This document shows, one piece after another, positions 9,516 through 19,337 of a stretch of DNA of 64,000 nucleotides. Each line of letters opens with the position of its first letter. The first letter of the stretch is position 1. A program made the position numbers and the translations under genes. Origin of the DNA: Nitrospinaceae bacterium (lineage in GTDB: Bacteria; Nitrospinota; Nitrospinia; Nitrospinales; Nitrospinaceae). The stretch covers positions 1,728,001-1,792,000 of the forward strand of contig OZ245011.1 of the NCBI GenBank assembly GCA_965223665.1, written 5' to 3'. The notes under the pieces were generated by a model that was given only the letters and a program-made list of their open reading frames with translations, had not been told where the DNA came from and did not search any database.

Positions 9516-10901
9516 ATGAAAATTTTTCTTACTTCAATTCTTGGATTATTTTTATTTTGCTTCTCAAGTAATTCGTTTGCAATCACCGATTCGTTTACCA
9601 ACCCTGAAGATAGTTACGTCCGAGAATCGTCTCCTGATCGAAACTTTGGCGGTGGAGTATTCCTCTATTCTGATGGGGTCTCACAAGACCCAGTTAATGG
9701 AATCTATGGGGAAGCGGTCGCCCTATTGAAATGGGATCTTGCTGTAATCCCCGTAAATTCACAAGTAAATGCCGTAAGCATCACTTTAAATCTAACCAAC
9801 TCAAGTTTAGGTACCTATAACTTACTGGAACAACTTAACTCATGGGATGAAAATACGGTGAACTGGGGGGATCTTTCAACCGGAGCAACTACCCTGGGAA
9901 CACTCTCCGAGGATAGTCCTGGAAATGTGACCCTAAATTTGAATCCTGAAGGTATAGCCTTGGTTCAAGGCTGGGTCGACGGATCCATTGCTAACAATGG
10001 AATCGCCATCCGCACCGCCGGTACTAATGATGGAATAATTATTTATTCCAAAGAGGTCGGCGAATCACCACCAACCTTGGAGGTGACTTATAGCGAAGCG
10101 TCTCCCACTTTAGAAAGTCTCCAGGCCGAAATTAATAACCTCAAAGCTTTATTGGCAGGGGTCACTCGAAGTGAAACCGGAATTCATTTCACGGGAATGA
10201 ATGTTCATATTGAAAATGGTTTAGGAGCAACCAACGGAAACCCGGAATTCCCATACACCATTCAACCTTCTAATACAGTTGTAAACGGCCTTGGAAACTT
10301 AATCATTGGATACAATGAAAAAATTGATCCCTACAATGATGATGGGACACCTGTATCCAATAAAACAGGATCGCACAATATTGTGGTCGGCAAAGGTCAT
10401 AATTACTCAAGTTTTGGGGGAATAGTTGTTGGGTTGGACAATATTATTTCTTCTTCATATTCAAGCATAACGGGAGGGCGTGGCAATACAGCTTCCTCAT
10501 ATTTTACTACTATCAACGGTGGGGGAGGAAATGTTGCAAGCGATTTTTATTCCAGCATCAATGGCGGTTATAAAAATGAAGCATCAGGGATTTATACAAA
10601 TATCCTAGGCGGTTCCTTCAATAAAGCTCAAGGTTCATACTCTAGCATTAGTGGAGGCACCTATAACATTACCGAGGGAATTGGATCCAGCGTAAGTGGC
10701 GGCAACTTGAACAGTACTACGGGTTCCCTTTCCAGTATCAGTGGAGGTCAAAGCAATGTCGCGGATGAATGGTATTCTAGTGTTGCTGGAGGCACGAATA
10801 ATACTTCCAGTGGAAGGTTTTCTCATGTAAGTGGTGGCTCAAATCGAACCGCTGCTGGTGAACATGACTGGGTGGCGGGGAGTTTGTTTGAAGATGATTA
10901 G
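9516..10901 (+). CDS. Secreted DNRLRE-coiled coil-GG-repeat protein, copy 2 (9 repeats)
   Basis: Same architecture as 7932; ends DWVAGSLFEDD. Confidence 0.85.
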   Translation: MKIFLTSILGLFLFCFSSNSFAITDSFTNPEDSYVRESSPDRNFGGGVFLYSDGVSQDPVNGIYGEAVALLKWDLAVIPVNSQVNAVSITLNLTNSSLGTYNLLEQLNSWDENTVNWGDLSTGATTLGTLSEDSPGNVTLNLNPEGIALVQGWVDGSIANNGIAIRTAGTNDGIIIYSKEVGESPPTLEVTYSEASPTLESLQAEINNLKALLAGVTRSETGIHFTGMNVHIENGLGATNGNPEFPYTIQPSNTVVNGLGNLIIGYNEKIDPYNDDGTPVSNKTGSHNIVVGKGHNYSSFGGIVVGLDNIISSSYSSITGGRGNTASSYFTTINGGGGNVASDFYSSINGGYKNEASGIYTNILGGSFNKAQGSYSSISGGTYNITEGIGSSVSGGNLNSTTGSLSSISGGQSNVADEWYSSVAGGTNNTSSGRFSHVSGGSNRTAAGEHDWVAGSLFEDD

Positions 10902-10914
10902 TCCAATCCTAAAT

Positions 10915-11205
10915 ACAGACCCCGGTTCACGCCGGGGTTTGTTGAGTAAAATTAATGAATAAAAATAGAAATCCCTATGTCCCCTCTTTTTAAAGAGGGC
11001 TGGGGTGATTGACCTCCTGGGGTTTTGCCTTTCATAAAAATAAAAATAGAAAAAGGAAAATTTCCCCCAAGCCGCAGGCTAACGCTTGCCGGTAAAATTC
11101 ATTCTCGATAATTTTTTGGAGAAAGCATTAACGCTACAAACTGCTTGAATATTCCTGCCGCCTCCAATTTCCAGAGTGGTAAAGGAGGAGCACATGGACC
11201 TCTAA
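10915..11205. repeat. Intergenic MITE/REPIN-like repeat, copy 1 (hairpin plus imperfect terminal inverted repeats)
   Basis: Hairpin ACAGACCCCGG-ttcacg-CCGGGGTTTGT; left end ATGTCCCCTCTTTTTAAAGAGGG; right end AAAGGAGGAGCACATGGACCTC; colinear with 12694-12980. Confidence 0.75.
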
Positions 11206-11294
11206 TTCAAAAATAACTTCTAAAGACAAATTCAAACCTGAAATGCTTTACATACCTCTTATCAATCACCTTTTCTCTAAAGGACAATTGACTC

Positions 11295-12680
11295 ATGAAA
11301 AGAACCCCTCGTTATTTATTTTTAATCTTATTAATATGGTTATGCATTGTCACTCCCGTGTTTGCAGAAACCAGCACGTTTTCCAACCCACAAGACAGTT
11401 ACGTTCGCCAGTCGTCTCCTACTGCCAATTATGGAGGCGATACGACTCTCATTGCCGATGGTGTCAGCCAGGATCCCGACAATGGAATCTACGGCGAAGT
11501 CGCCGCGCTTCTGCAATGGAACGTGTCTACCATTCCTGCCAGCGCGACAGTGACCTTTGCGAAGATTACCTTAAACCTGACCAATCCCAGTTCCGGGGAC
11601 TACGACATTCTGGAACAACTCCATTCCTGGGATGAGTACACCGTAAATTGGACCGACCTCTCCACAGCGCCTTCCTCCAGCGGAACCATTTCCGCGGGCA
11701 GTTCCGGAGCGGTAACCTTCGATTTAAACAACGAAGGTTTGGCATTAGTTCAAGGCTGGGTCGATGGATCAATTCCAAATAATGGCGTCGCCATCCGCAC
11801 GCAGGGCACGAATAACGGAATCCGAATGGATTCCAAAGAGTTAGGCAGAATAAATCCGATCTTAAAAATAACTTACACCAATGATGGCAGTGGTCCACCC
11901 ACCAACGAGGAACTTCTGGCTCGAATCCAACAGCTCGAAGCCTTACTCGCCGGCGTGAGTCGCCAGGGAAACACAATTCTCTATGAAGGAGTCAATTTAC
12001 AGGTGGTCAACGGCCTGGGAGCCACTAATGGGAACCCTGATAATCCAGATGAAACAGAACTTGAAAATACCTCAGTAAATGGCTTGGGTAATTTGATTGT
12101 CGGTTATAACGAAGACTCTTTGGAACCCGATCATTCTGATAAAACTGGGTCTCATAATGTGGTGATTGGCCATGGGCATATATATACAAGTTTTGGGGGA
12201 ATAGTTACAGGCTTAAACAACACTATCAAGGGCCAATATTCTTCAATAGGAGGAGGCACTCAAAACATTGCAGAAGGTATCTCTTCCCATATTTCAGGAG
12301 GATCCAAAAATAGCGCTGTTGGTTTATATTCAAGTGTTCTTGGTGGTGATAGAAATAGGGCAGGTGGAGATCGTACAACTGTTAGCGGTGGATGGAGTAA
12401 CGCTGCCGGTGGCTCAAACTCCTCTGTTAGCGGGGGCGAATTCAACCGTGCTGTTGGATGGGCTTCAAGCGTAAGTGGAGGTTATTTCAATGATGCACAT
12501 GGAAGTTCTTCTTCTATTTCAGGTGGAGAGACAAACAGGACTTATGGTGATTTTTCCAGTATAAGTGGTGGATCTCATAATGCGGCTAGAGGTGATTTCT
12601 CAAGCGTAAGCGGAGGCAATAGTAGATCAGTTATAGGGGAAAATGACTGGCAGGCAGGGAGTTTGTTTGAAGATGAATAG
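11295..12680 (+). CDS. Secreted DNRLRE-coiled coil-GG-repeat protein, copy 3 (9 repeats)
   Basis: Same architecture; ends DWQAGSLFEDE. Confidence 0.85.
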   Translation: MKRTPRYLFLILLIWLCIVTPVFAETSTFSNPQDSYVRQSSPTANYGGDTTLIADGVSQDPDNGIYGEVAALLQWNVSTIPASATVTFAKITLNLTNPSSGDYDILEQLHSWDEYTVNWTDLSTAPSSSGTISAGSSGAVTFDLNNEGLALVQGWVDGSIPNNGVAIRTQGTNNGIRMDSKELGRINPILKITYTNDGSGPPTNEELLARIQQLEALLAGVSRQGNTILYEGVNLQVVNGLGATNGNPDNPDETELENTSVNGLGNLIVGYNEDSLEPDHSDKTGSHNVVIGHGHIYTSFGGIVTGLNNTIKGQYSSIGGGTQNIAEGISSHISGGSKNSAVGLYSSVLGGDRNRAGGDRTTVSGGWSNAAGGSNSSVSGGEFNRAVGWASSVSGGYFNDAHGSSSSISGGETNRTYGDFSSISGGSHNAARGDFSSVSGGNSRSVIGENDWQAGSLFEDE

Positions 12681-12693
12681 CGCAACCCTTACC

Positions 12694-12980
12694 GCAGACC
12701 TCGGTTCCCGCCGGGGTCTGTTAAATAAAATTAAAGAATAAAATGGAGGTCCATGTGTCCCCTCTTTTCTAAAGAGGGCTAGGATGATTCACCTTCAAGG
12801 GTTTTGCTTTATAAATAAATAATTAAAGGAAAAATCCCCCCAGCCCGCAGGCCAACGCCTGCCAGTAAAAATCATTCTCGACAATTTTTTGAGGAAATGA
12901 AGTCGTCATAAACTTTTCGAATATTTCTCTTGCCCCCAATCGCTAGATCGGGAAAGGGGGAGCACATGGGCCACCTATTT
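12694..12980. repeat. Intergenic MITE/REPIN-like repeat, copy 2
   Basis: Hairpin 12694-12721; imperfect ~29-bp TIRs AAATGGAGGTCCATGTGTCCCCTCTTTTC and GGAAAGGGGGAGCACATGGGCCACCTATTT. Confidence 0.75.
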
Positions 12981-13037
12981 TAAGTTTTTGGAATTTTATT
13001 GAATCCATCCACCTTTTCTCCTAAGGACAATTTACTC

Positions 13038-14570
13038 ATGAAAAAGCTTTTTACTTCACTTATAGGAATTATTCTGTTGTGCGTCAGCACTCATGCTTAC
13101 GCCGTGACCGATTCTTTCACGAATCCGGAAGACAGTTACGTTCGCGAAACGTCCCCCACCCAAAACTACGGTACGGAAACCACCTTAATTGCCGATGGGG
13201 TGGCACAAGACCCGGATACCGGAACTTACGGGGAAGTGGTTACTCTCATTCAATGGGATGTTTCTTCCATTCCTTCTACTGCAACCGTTACCGGCGTTTC
13301 TGTCACTCTAAACTACTCCGATGCCAGCGCCGCTCCTTATAATTTTTATGGGCAAAACACTGTATGGTCTGAAGGCTCGGTTACATGGAATGACTTGGAT
13401 CAAGACGCGGATATCTTAGGCAGTGTTCCTCCGTTTAGTTTCAACACGGTTACCCATACATTAAACGCAGATGGCATTGCATTAGTACAAGGTTGGGTCG
13501 ACGGCTCAATTACCAATGGTGGATTCATCCTTCGCAGCGGTGGCACGAACAATGGCATCATCATGGACTCCAAAGAATCCGGCGGCACACCTCCTACCCT
13601 TAAAATTACTTACACTGACGACGGCAACGGTCCACCGACCATCAATCAACTTCTGACTCGAATCGAACAACTCGAAGCTTTACTTGCAGGCGTGAGTCGA
13701 ACTGATAATAAAATTATATTCGAAGGAATGAATGTGCAAATCGTAAACGGACTGGGCACCACCAACGGGAACCCAGATGACCCCGATTCCACTGACCCAG
13801 AGATTACAGTTGTTAATGGGCTGGGCAATCTCCTCATTGGTTATGATGAACCTAAACAACTTGTTTTGGGATCAATTTTTCCATATTCATCGGACAAAAC
13901 CGGTTCCCACAATATTGTGGTTGGAAAAGGCCATAGTTATCCCAGTTTCGGTGGCTTAGTCTCAGGATCCAATAATTTGATTTATGGTCCGAGCAGTTCA
14001 GTGACTGGAGGATATGCAAATATTGCATGGGGCAATTATTCCAGTATCAGTGGTGGAGGATTTGGATATACCGAGGGGAATTATTCCAGCATCACCGGTG
14101 GTTCCGTCAATCGGGCAATAGGCGAATATTCCAATGTAAACGGAGGGATTGAAAACCTTGCCTTAAGTAAATATTCAATTGTAAGTGGTGGATTTAAAAA
14201 TATCGCTGGCGGGGAGGCTGGCACTATTAGTGGAGGCCGAGAAAACGCGACGGGAGGTTTTTATTCCCATGTTTCAGGAGGTTGGAATAATGAAGCATCA
14301 GGTTTTACTGCAACTGTATTTGGTGGAATATTTAATAAAGCAGAAGGGGCCGGCTCCAGTATTATGGGAGGACGAAGCAATACAGCCATTGGAGGTAACT
14401 CGAGTGTTTCCGGCGGAGACAACAATATAGCAAACGGAGTAGGATCTACTGTTAACGGAGGAATCAGTAACACTGCTAGCGGACAATATTCAACCGTAAG
14501 TGGTGGTCAAAACCGAACCGCCTCCGGAGAGTTTGACTGGGTGGCGGGGAGTTTGTTTGAAGATAATTAA
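13038..14570 (+). CDS. Secreted DNRLRE-coiled coil-GG-repeat protein, copy 4 (12 repeats)
   Basis: ATG 13038 preferred to TTG 12999 (SD AAGGA, leader homologous to that of copy 3, signal peptide MKKLF..AYA); ends DWVAGSLFEDN. Confidence 0.85.
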   Translation: MKKLFTSLIGIILLCVSTHAYAVTDSFTNPEDSYVRETSPTQNYGTETTLIADGVAQDPDTGTYGEVVTLIQWDVSSIPSTATVTGVSVTLNYSDASAAPYNFYGQNTVWSEGSVTWNDLDQDADILGSVPPFSFNTVTHTLNADGIALVQGWVDGSITNGGFILRSGGTNNGIIMDSKESGGTPPTLKITYTDDGNGPPTINQLLTRIEQLEALLAGVSRTDNKIIFEGMNVQIVNGLGTTNGNPDDPDSTDPEITVVNGLGNLLIGYDEPKQLVLGSIFPYSSDKTGSHNIVVGKGHSYPSFGGLVSGSNNLIYGPSSSVTGGYANIAWGNYSSISGGGFGYTEGNYSSITGGSVNRAIGEYSNVNGGIENLALSKYSIVSGGFKNIAGGEAGTISGGRENATGGFYSHVSGGWNNEASGFTATVFGGIFNKAEGAGSSIMGGRSNTAIGGNSSVSGGDNNIANGVGSTVNGGISNTASGQYSTVSGGQNRTASGEFDWVAGSLFEDN

Positions 14571-14583
14571 TTCAACCCTTATT

Positions 14584-14940
14584 ACACACTTCGGTTCACG
14601 CCAGGGTCTGTTAATCAAATTAAAGAATAAAAATGGTGATCCATGTGGCTCCTCTTTTCTAAAAAGAGCTTTGCATAACTAAGGATTATTGAATAAACAA
14701 ATCCAACAAAAGAACGGAGACCCATGTTCGCCCTCTTTTCTAAAGAGAGTCGGGGTGATTCACATTCAGGGGGTTTGCTTTTTAAATAAATAAGAAAAGG
14801 AAAAATCCCCCCAGCCCGGCCCCCGGCCGGTTGGAGCATTGTTTTGCGATGATTTTATTTCAATGCAATATATTCACAAAGCTTTCGAATATTCCTGCTG
14901 CATCCAATGGCTAGATTGGGAAAGAGGGAGCACATCTACC
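14584..14940. repeat. Intergenic MITE/REPIN-like repeat, copy 3 (duplicated left end)
   Basis: Degenerate hairpin; two left-end units (CCATGTGGCTCCTCTTTTCTAAA, CCATGTTCGCCCTCTTTTCTAAAGAGAG); right end GGGAAAGAGGGAGCACAT. Confidence 0.7.
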
Positions 14941-15071
14941 TTCAATTTTTAAATTATTTTCTAAAGGCAATCTCAACTTGTGGAAAGTTTTTGAGCATTC
15001 GGGTTCCACAGAAACTTATCGGATATCCATTTGGCCTGCGGGCGCTGCCGCTGCCTTCGGGCGTGGCCCGG

Positions 15072-15452
15072 TTAGCCCTTCGCTTCGAAGTCGTCTTCGA
15101 CGAGCTTAGCGGTGCCGTCTTCCTGAACCACCCACAACTCTTTATGAATTACGCCCCTGGCTTTGTTCATTTTCCAACCTGATTTTAAAACAGCGCTTTT
15201 TTCATCGATCACTTCAATTTCCGGGTCTACATATTCCACATCGGCAAAGCCATCGCCAATGAGTTTCGCCCAGAACTCAAGTATCGCCTCGGTACCGTTA
15301 AACGTTCCAAAAGGTCGCGCGTGCATGACGGCGTTTGCGGTATACTGCGCGGCGCAGCCGGCGGCATCTCCGGAGTTAAACGCATTCTTCCATTGCTCGC
15401 TGGCTTGTTTCACTGCATTGAGGACAGCGGTTTTTTGTTCTTCAGTAGTCAT
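15072..15452 (-). CDS. NTF2/SnoaL-like (DUF4440) family protein
   Basis: WKNAFNSGDAAGCAAQYTANAVMHARPFGTFNGTEAILEFW. Confidence 0.8.
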   Translation of the reverse strand: MTTEEQKTAVLNAVKQASEQWKNAFNSGDAAGCAAQYTANAVMHARPFGTFNGTEAILEFWAKLIGDGFADVEYVDPEIEVIDEKSAVLKSGWKMNKARGVIHKELWVVQEDGTAKLVEDDFEAKG

Positions 15453-15522
15453 GAGGTTCTCAAGTGTTTAAGTTTATTGGAATCGATCCGTTGCCCAGAT
15501 CTTTATTGAATGTATAATTTTT

Positions 15523-15954
15523 TTAAAATCCTTCCCAACGAAATTCTTTATTGGGCCCGAGTTTAGAAAAAGGATTATACGCCACTTCCCAAAAGTTTCC
15601 ATCGGGATCGGCGAAGTGCCCCGAGTATCCGCCCCAGAAAACCGTTTCCGCCGCTTTGATAATTTTACCTCCTGCTCTCTCCGCTTCCTGCATCGTTTGA
15701 TCAACCTCCCCTTCTGATCCCACATTGTAGGCAAGAGTGAACGCGGAAACCTTTGGACGCGGTTCGGTCACATTAACTTCCTTCGCAAACTTATCCCAGG
15801 GATACAAAGCCAGCACCATGTTTTGAATATTGTAGGCGACAATTTCTTCGGCCTGGTCTTCGGAGGCTACCTTCCAACCCAGTGCATCGTAAAATGCCCG
15901 CGACTTTTTCATATCAGAAACACATAAAGTAATGAGGCTCACACGTTGATCCAT
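15523..15954 (-). CDS. VOC family (glyoxalase/bleomycin resistance) protein
   Basis: RVSLITLCVSDMKKSRAFY...FWGGYSGHFADPDGNFWEVAYNP. Confidence 0.92.
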   Translation of the reverse strand: MDQRVSLITLCVSDMKKSRAFYDALGWKVASEDQAEEIVAYNIQNMVLALYPWDKFAKEVNVTEPRPKVSAFTLAYNVGSEGEVDQTMQEAERAGGKIIKAAETVFWGGYSGHFADPDGNFWEVAYNPFSKLGPNKEFRWEGF

Positions 15955-16348
15955 TTTTCAGACTCCGACTTTGGAAAATTATTTTAAGTAGTCCTAATTG
16001 CATTTTTATAAAAACTTTGATGGGACTTTCTGGAGATGGGTTGGTAAATTCATCATCTAAACTTGTTGAAGCGTACTGAATACCTGACGAAGAGTTGCCG
16101 ACACAAGTATAACAATTTTGCAGGTTCGGAACATCCAACCCCTGACAAAAAGGACTCGTAAAAATGTCTAAGGCTCATTAATTTATTTATGATTTACATA
16201 CTCAGGGATTAATCGAATCCCTCCCAAAAAGCACCCAAAAAAAAAGTGGTATCTTCTCGGATATTTTTGAGATAATATGAGGCATCATACACATCAATTT
16301 CCTTTGGGAGAGGGAAAGAAGAGAGGCAAGAACCTTGGGAGGGGAAAC

Positions 16349-16420
16349 ATGTCTCTGGATAAGTGGTTATTCATTTTCTTTATTGCCATGCTGACCATCG
16401 GGTGGATTAAATTCATCTAA
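16349..16420 (+). CDS. Putative 23-aa single-pass membrane micropeptide
   Basis: SD GGGAGGGG 4 nt before ATG; MSLDKWLFIFFIAMLTIGWIKFI. Confidence 0.5.
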   Translation: MSLDKWLFIFFIAMLTIGWIKFI

Positions 16421-16520
16421 CGCTGGAGTTGCGTCTAGCCCTTGTTAGTTTCCCTTCCGTTATCATTCCGTTTCAATTTACCTAATTAAAAACTGTGCCA
16501 TTGACCTGGAGGGGGTTCCA

Positions 16521-16721
16521 ATGGGAGATGATCTCAATAAAGATTGGTTCTGGTCTGACGATGCTATCGAGTATTTAGAAGAATTTGAAACCACACTCTA
16601 TAAAGTTATTAGGAAGCATGCTATCAAGCTAGTTCTAGAAGAAAATAAGGAAGTCATTACCAAAGACGACCTGCGAAGTTTCATGAGGAAGGTATTAGAT
16701 GAAATGGATACGTTAATCTAA
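16521..16721 (+). CDS. Small acidic histone-fold / PCP_red-like protein
   Basis: SD GGAGGGGG; WSDDAIEYL...IRKHAIKL...KEVITKDDL spacing fits both histone alpha2-L2-alpha3 and PCP_red. Confidence 0.7.
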   Translation: MGDDLNKDWFWSDDAIEYLEEFETTLYKVIRKHAIKLVLEENKEVITKDDLRSFMRKVLDEMDTLI

Positions 16722-16790
16722 CTTTCCCACAGGGTTCGATTTCTTTGCCCACTTTTGTTTATTAGAATAAAAAACGCTACCTGGATGGAA

Positions 16791-17657
16791 TTACCGATCG
16801 GACTTCCTGCTTTTTTGTCCGGCTTTTTTTTTATCTGCCGCTTTGATTTCCTCATCGAATTTAATCAAAGTCTTTACCAGAAAATTTTGATCAACTACCG
16901 TAATATTGAGTTCCTGAGTCAGCAACCTGTTTTCGGGTAGAGGAAGGATTTCTGCACGAATGGTAAGTCCGCAGGCTTCACTCCAGGAATGATCCCCGGC
17001 AAACCAGAGCTTGGGATTGTTCACACATCGTTGTATAAACACATCGGGGCTTGTAATGCGTTTTCCATCGGCCGCAAAAACCCAGTCCAAATTAATTGCA
17101 CCTTTTCGATGCGTGGCACTGAACACACCCTTTTCAGTTTGCCGCATGTGAGGGTTACTGTACTTTTTGGCCAAAGTTTTCTCCAGACTCGCCACCGTAG
17201 GATTATCACCTTTTTTAAACCGTGTTCGCCGCCAAATACTCACTGCAACTTCTCGACCCTGGGCTCCAATAAACCCCACCATGATTTCGTTGGTCACTTC
17301 CTTTCGTCCTCGAAATCGTTTACCATACGTTTCGCAATCCACATAGCTGCCCTTGGGGACCCGGCTTCTTCGTTGTTGGCTTTCTTCTACGGAGCAAGGA
17401 GTTCCATTCAAACCGCGCACTATTTGTCGTTGAGCAGCACCCTGTTTCTGGCGAATCCATTTGTGAGAAGTTCCTATACTCTTAACATCCGCACGTTTCT
17501 TTAAAACAGCCACCACTTCTTCATAACTCATTCCGGTAGTGAGCCCTTCTATATCGGTTGACTTAGGACCCTGTGGCCACCCTGCAATCGGATAACAAAT
17601 TATTACCCCTATTATTGAAAGGATCCCAAGAAACTCATACCTGGATGTTATTCTCAC
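16791..17657 (-). CDS. Exported hypothetical protein
   Basis: 288-aa ORF with N-terminal hydrophobic signal/TM; DIEGLTTGMSYEEV motif; several Cys. Confidence 0.75.
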   Translation of the reverse strand: MRITSRYEFLGILSIIGVIICYPIAGWPQGPKSTDIEGLTTGMSYEEVVAVLKKRADVKSIGTSHKWIRQKQGAAQRQIVRGLNGTPCSVEESQQRRSRVPKGSYVDCETYGKRFRGRKEVTNEIMVGFIGAQGREVAVSIWRRTRFKKGDNPTVASLEKTLAKKYSNPHMRQTEKGVFSATHRKGAINLDWVFAADGKRITSPDVFIQRCVNNPKLWFAGDHSWSEACGLTIRAEILPLPENRLLTQELNITVVDQNFLVKTLIKFDEEIKAADKKKAGQKSRKSDR

Positions 17658-17797
17658 GAATTCGCAGCCTTAAAGAAAAAATTAAGAAGTGAACAAAAAC
17701 TCTATTAAAAAAATTTTAAGTTTGACCCTGTGTAAAGTCAAGGTGAAATGCAAAGATAATATTTGAATAAGGCAACTTTTTCCTGTTACACAAAATT

Positions 17798-17995
17798 TTA
17801 GTCCAGTTTGGTTTTGAGACTAATCTTATTTTCATTGAGCTCTTCATCGGACAGGGTCTTCAGTTTGTCCCAATTCAAGGATATCGCCCGGAAGGATCTC
17901 CTTTTGTCCTCGACAAATGGATCCCACCGGTCCGACCGCAAAACCACCTTCAACAACTGATTTGTTTCCTCGTTTTTTTCAATTTGACTCTTCAT
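17798..17995 (-). CDS. Hypothetical protein (65 aa)
   Basis: SD AAGGCGGAG before ATG; no longer competing ORF. Confidence 0.5.
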   Translation of the reverse strand: MKSQIEKNEETNQLLKVVLRSDRWDPFVEDKRRSFRAISLNWDKLKTLSDEELNENKISLKTKLD

Positions 17996-18128
17996 AACTC
18001 CGCCTTTTTGAAAGATAGTTTTTTATCGGAACTCGAATGAAGTGTAATTTTTTTCAGCATCCTTGAATTTCCATAAATTACATATTAACCTGAAAAAACA
18101 ATCAACATAATTATTTATCCGGGAAAGC

Positions 18129-19271
18129 GTGTCAAAAAATCAGGAGCAATCTGTTTTAATTATCGATGGCAATCGGTTTGATGCCGTTCTTGCTTTAAGT
18201 TGTCTGCATCAGGTTCCCAATTATAAAACTCATGTGTTAGCCACCGACCCACAAACTCCGCTGGCCGCGAGTCGACTCCCCGCTTCCTTTCATTTAAGAG
18301 AAACCAATCAGGATGATGAAAAAATCCAGGCCATACGCGAAGTAGCCGGTAAAGTGGGCGCCACTCTGCTCATGCCCGTAAGCAGACTGGGGACTTCTTT
18401 CACGATCAAAAACTTGAGTGCTCTCAAAGAAATTGCGCCGGTAGTGCCTGTTCCCTCATTGGGATCGTTCGAGATTGCAGAAAATAAAGGGATGCTTGCC
18501 TCTTTTTTAAAAGATAACGATCTTCCCATGCCGCCCACTCTGCATGGCACATTCGATGCTCATTTTTTTGAGGATCTGAGTACCATGCAATTTCCCGTTT
18601 TATTGAAGCCTTATATCGGCACCAGCGGAAACGGAATTCACCAATTTAAAGACTACACTTCTTTGGAAGAATTTTTGAAAAAAAACCAGGGGTCTTTAAA
18701 ACCTTTCATCATTCAAAGTAAGTTACGCGGCAAAGAAATGGCAGGAAACGTGTTAGCGAAGGAGGGTGAAATTCTGGCACATTCGTTTCAACAGGAAGTC
18801 ATACCGAATCCCATTCCTTATCGGTATCCCAGCGCGGTGAAATTTGCGCACCATCCGGAAGCGTTTGAATTGGTCAAACAATTAGTAGCGAAGCTAAACT
18901 GGAGCGGTGTCGCCAACTTCGGGCTGTTTATGGATGCAGACGACAATAAAAAAGTGAAACTGATTGAAATCAATCCGCGATATTGGGGACGTTTGCGCGG
19001 ATCTCTCAAGGCAGGAATCAACTTTCCGCATCTCGCCTGTCTGGCAGGACTGAACCAACCCCTTCCCCCAAACGAATATAAAAATTGCAAATTTGTCGAG
19101 CTTAAGGATTGGCTCAACATTTTAATCTATTCTTCCCGGCGCGCGGATTTACTCAAACTGGGCCCTACTGCCATTGGCTGGCGCTACGTCCTCCAGGACC
19201 CCTTCCCTTTTTTCAATATAATTTCGAACAAATTGAAATCTATTAAAAAACCAAATCCAAGAAGCTCCTAA
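18129..19271 (+). CDS. ATP-grasp domain carboxylate-amine ligase (paralog 1)
   Basis: FPVLLKPYIGTSGNGI, FIIQSKLRG, KLIEINPRYWG. Confidence 0.88.
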   Translation: MSKNQEQSVLIIDGNRFDAVLALSCLHQVPNYKTHVLATDPQTPLAASRLPASFHLRETNQDDEKIQAIREVAGKVGATLLMPVSRLGTSFTIKNLSALKEIAPVVPVPSLGSFEIAENKGMLASFLKDNDLPMPPTLHGTFDAHFFEDLSTMQFPVLLKPYIGTSGNGIHQFKDYTSLEEFLKKNQGSLKPFIIQSKLRGKEMAGNVLAKEGEILAHSFQQEVIPNPIPYRYPSAVKFAHHPEAFELVKQLVAKLNWSGVANFGLFMDADDNKKVKLIEINPRYWGRLRGSLKAGINFPHLACLAGLNQPLPPNEYKNCKFVELKDWLNILIYSSRRADLLKLGPTAIGWRYVLQDPFPFFNIISNKLKSIKKPNPRSS

Positions 19272-19337
19272 ACAAATTTTCATTTTGTTATTTTTCTCAA
19301 CTCAAAGTTTCTTTTCTTTCGTTTAATTTCCCTTACA

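Noticed and set aside
8880-14520. 45-nt periodicity as a CRISPR array
   Set aside because: In-frame 15-codon protein repeats with synonymous variation; no constant repeat/unique spacer structure and no cas genes.
7932-14570. Diversity-generating retroelement behind the variable repeats
   Set aside because: No reverse transcriptase and no template/variable repeat pair differing only at adenines in the window.
14615-14839. Similar small ORFs 14615-14839(-) and 53895-54089(+) as a protein family
   Set aside because: The similarity comes from the shared non-coding repeat; the flanks are unrelated and there are no good RBSs.
16725-16755. GGTTCGAT T-loop-like motif as a tRNA
   Set aside because: No cloverleaf, and the upstream part lies within a CDS.
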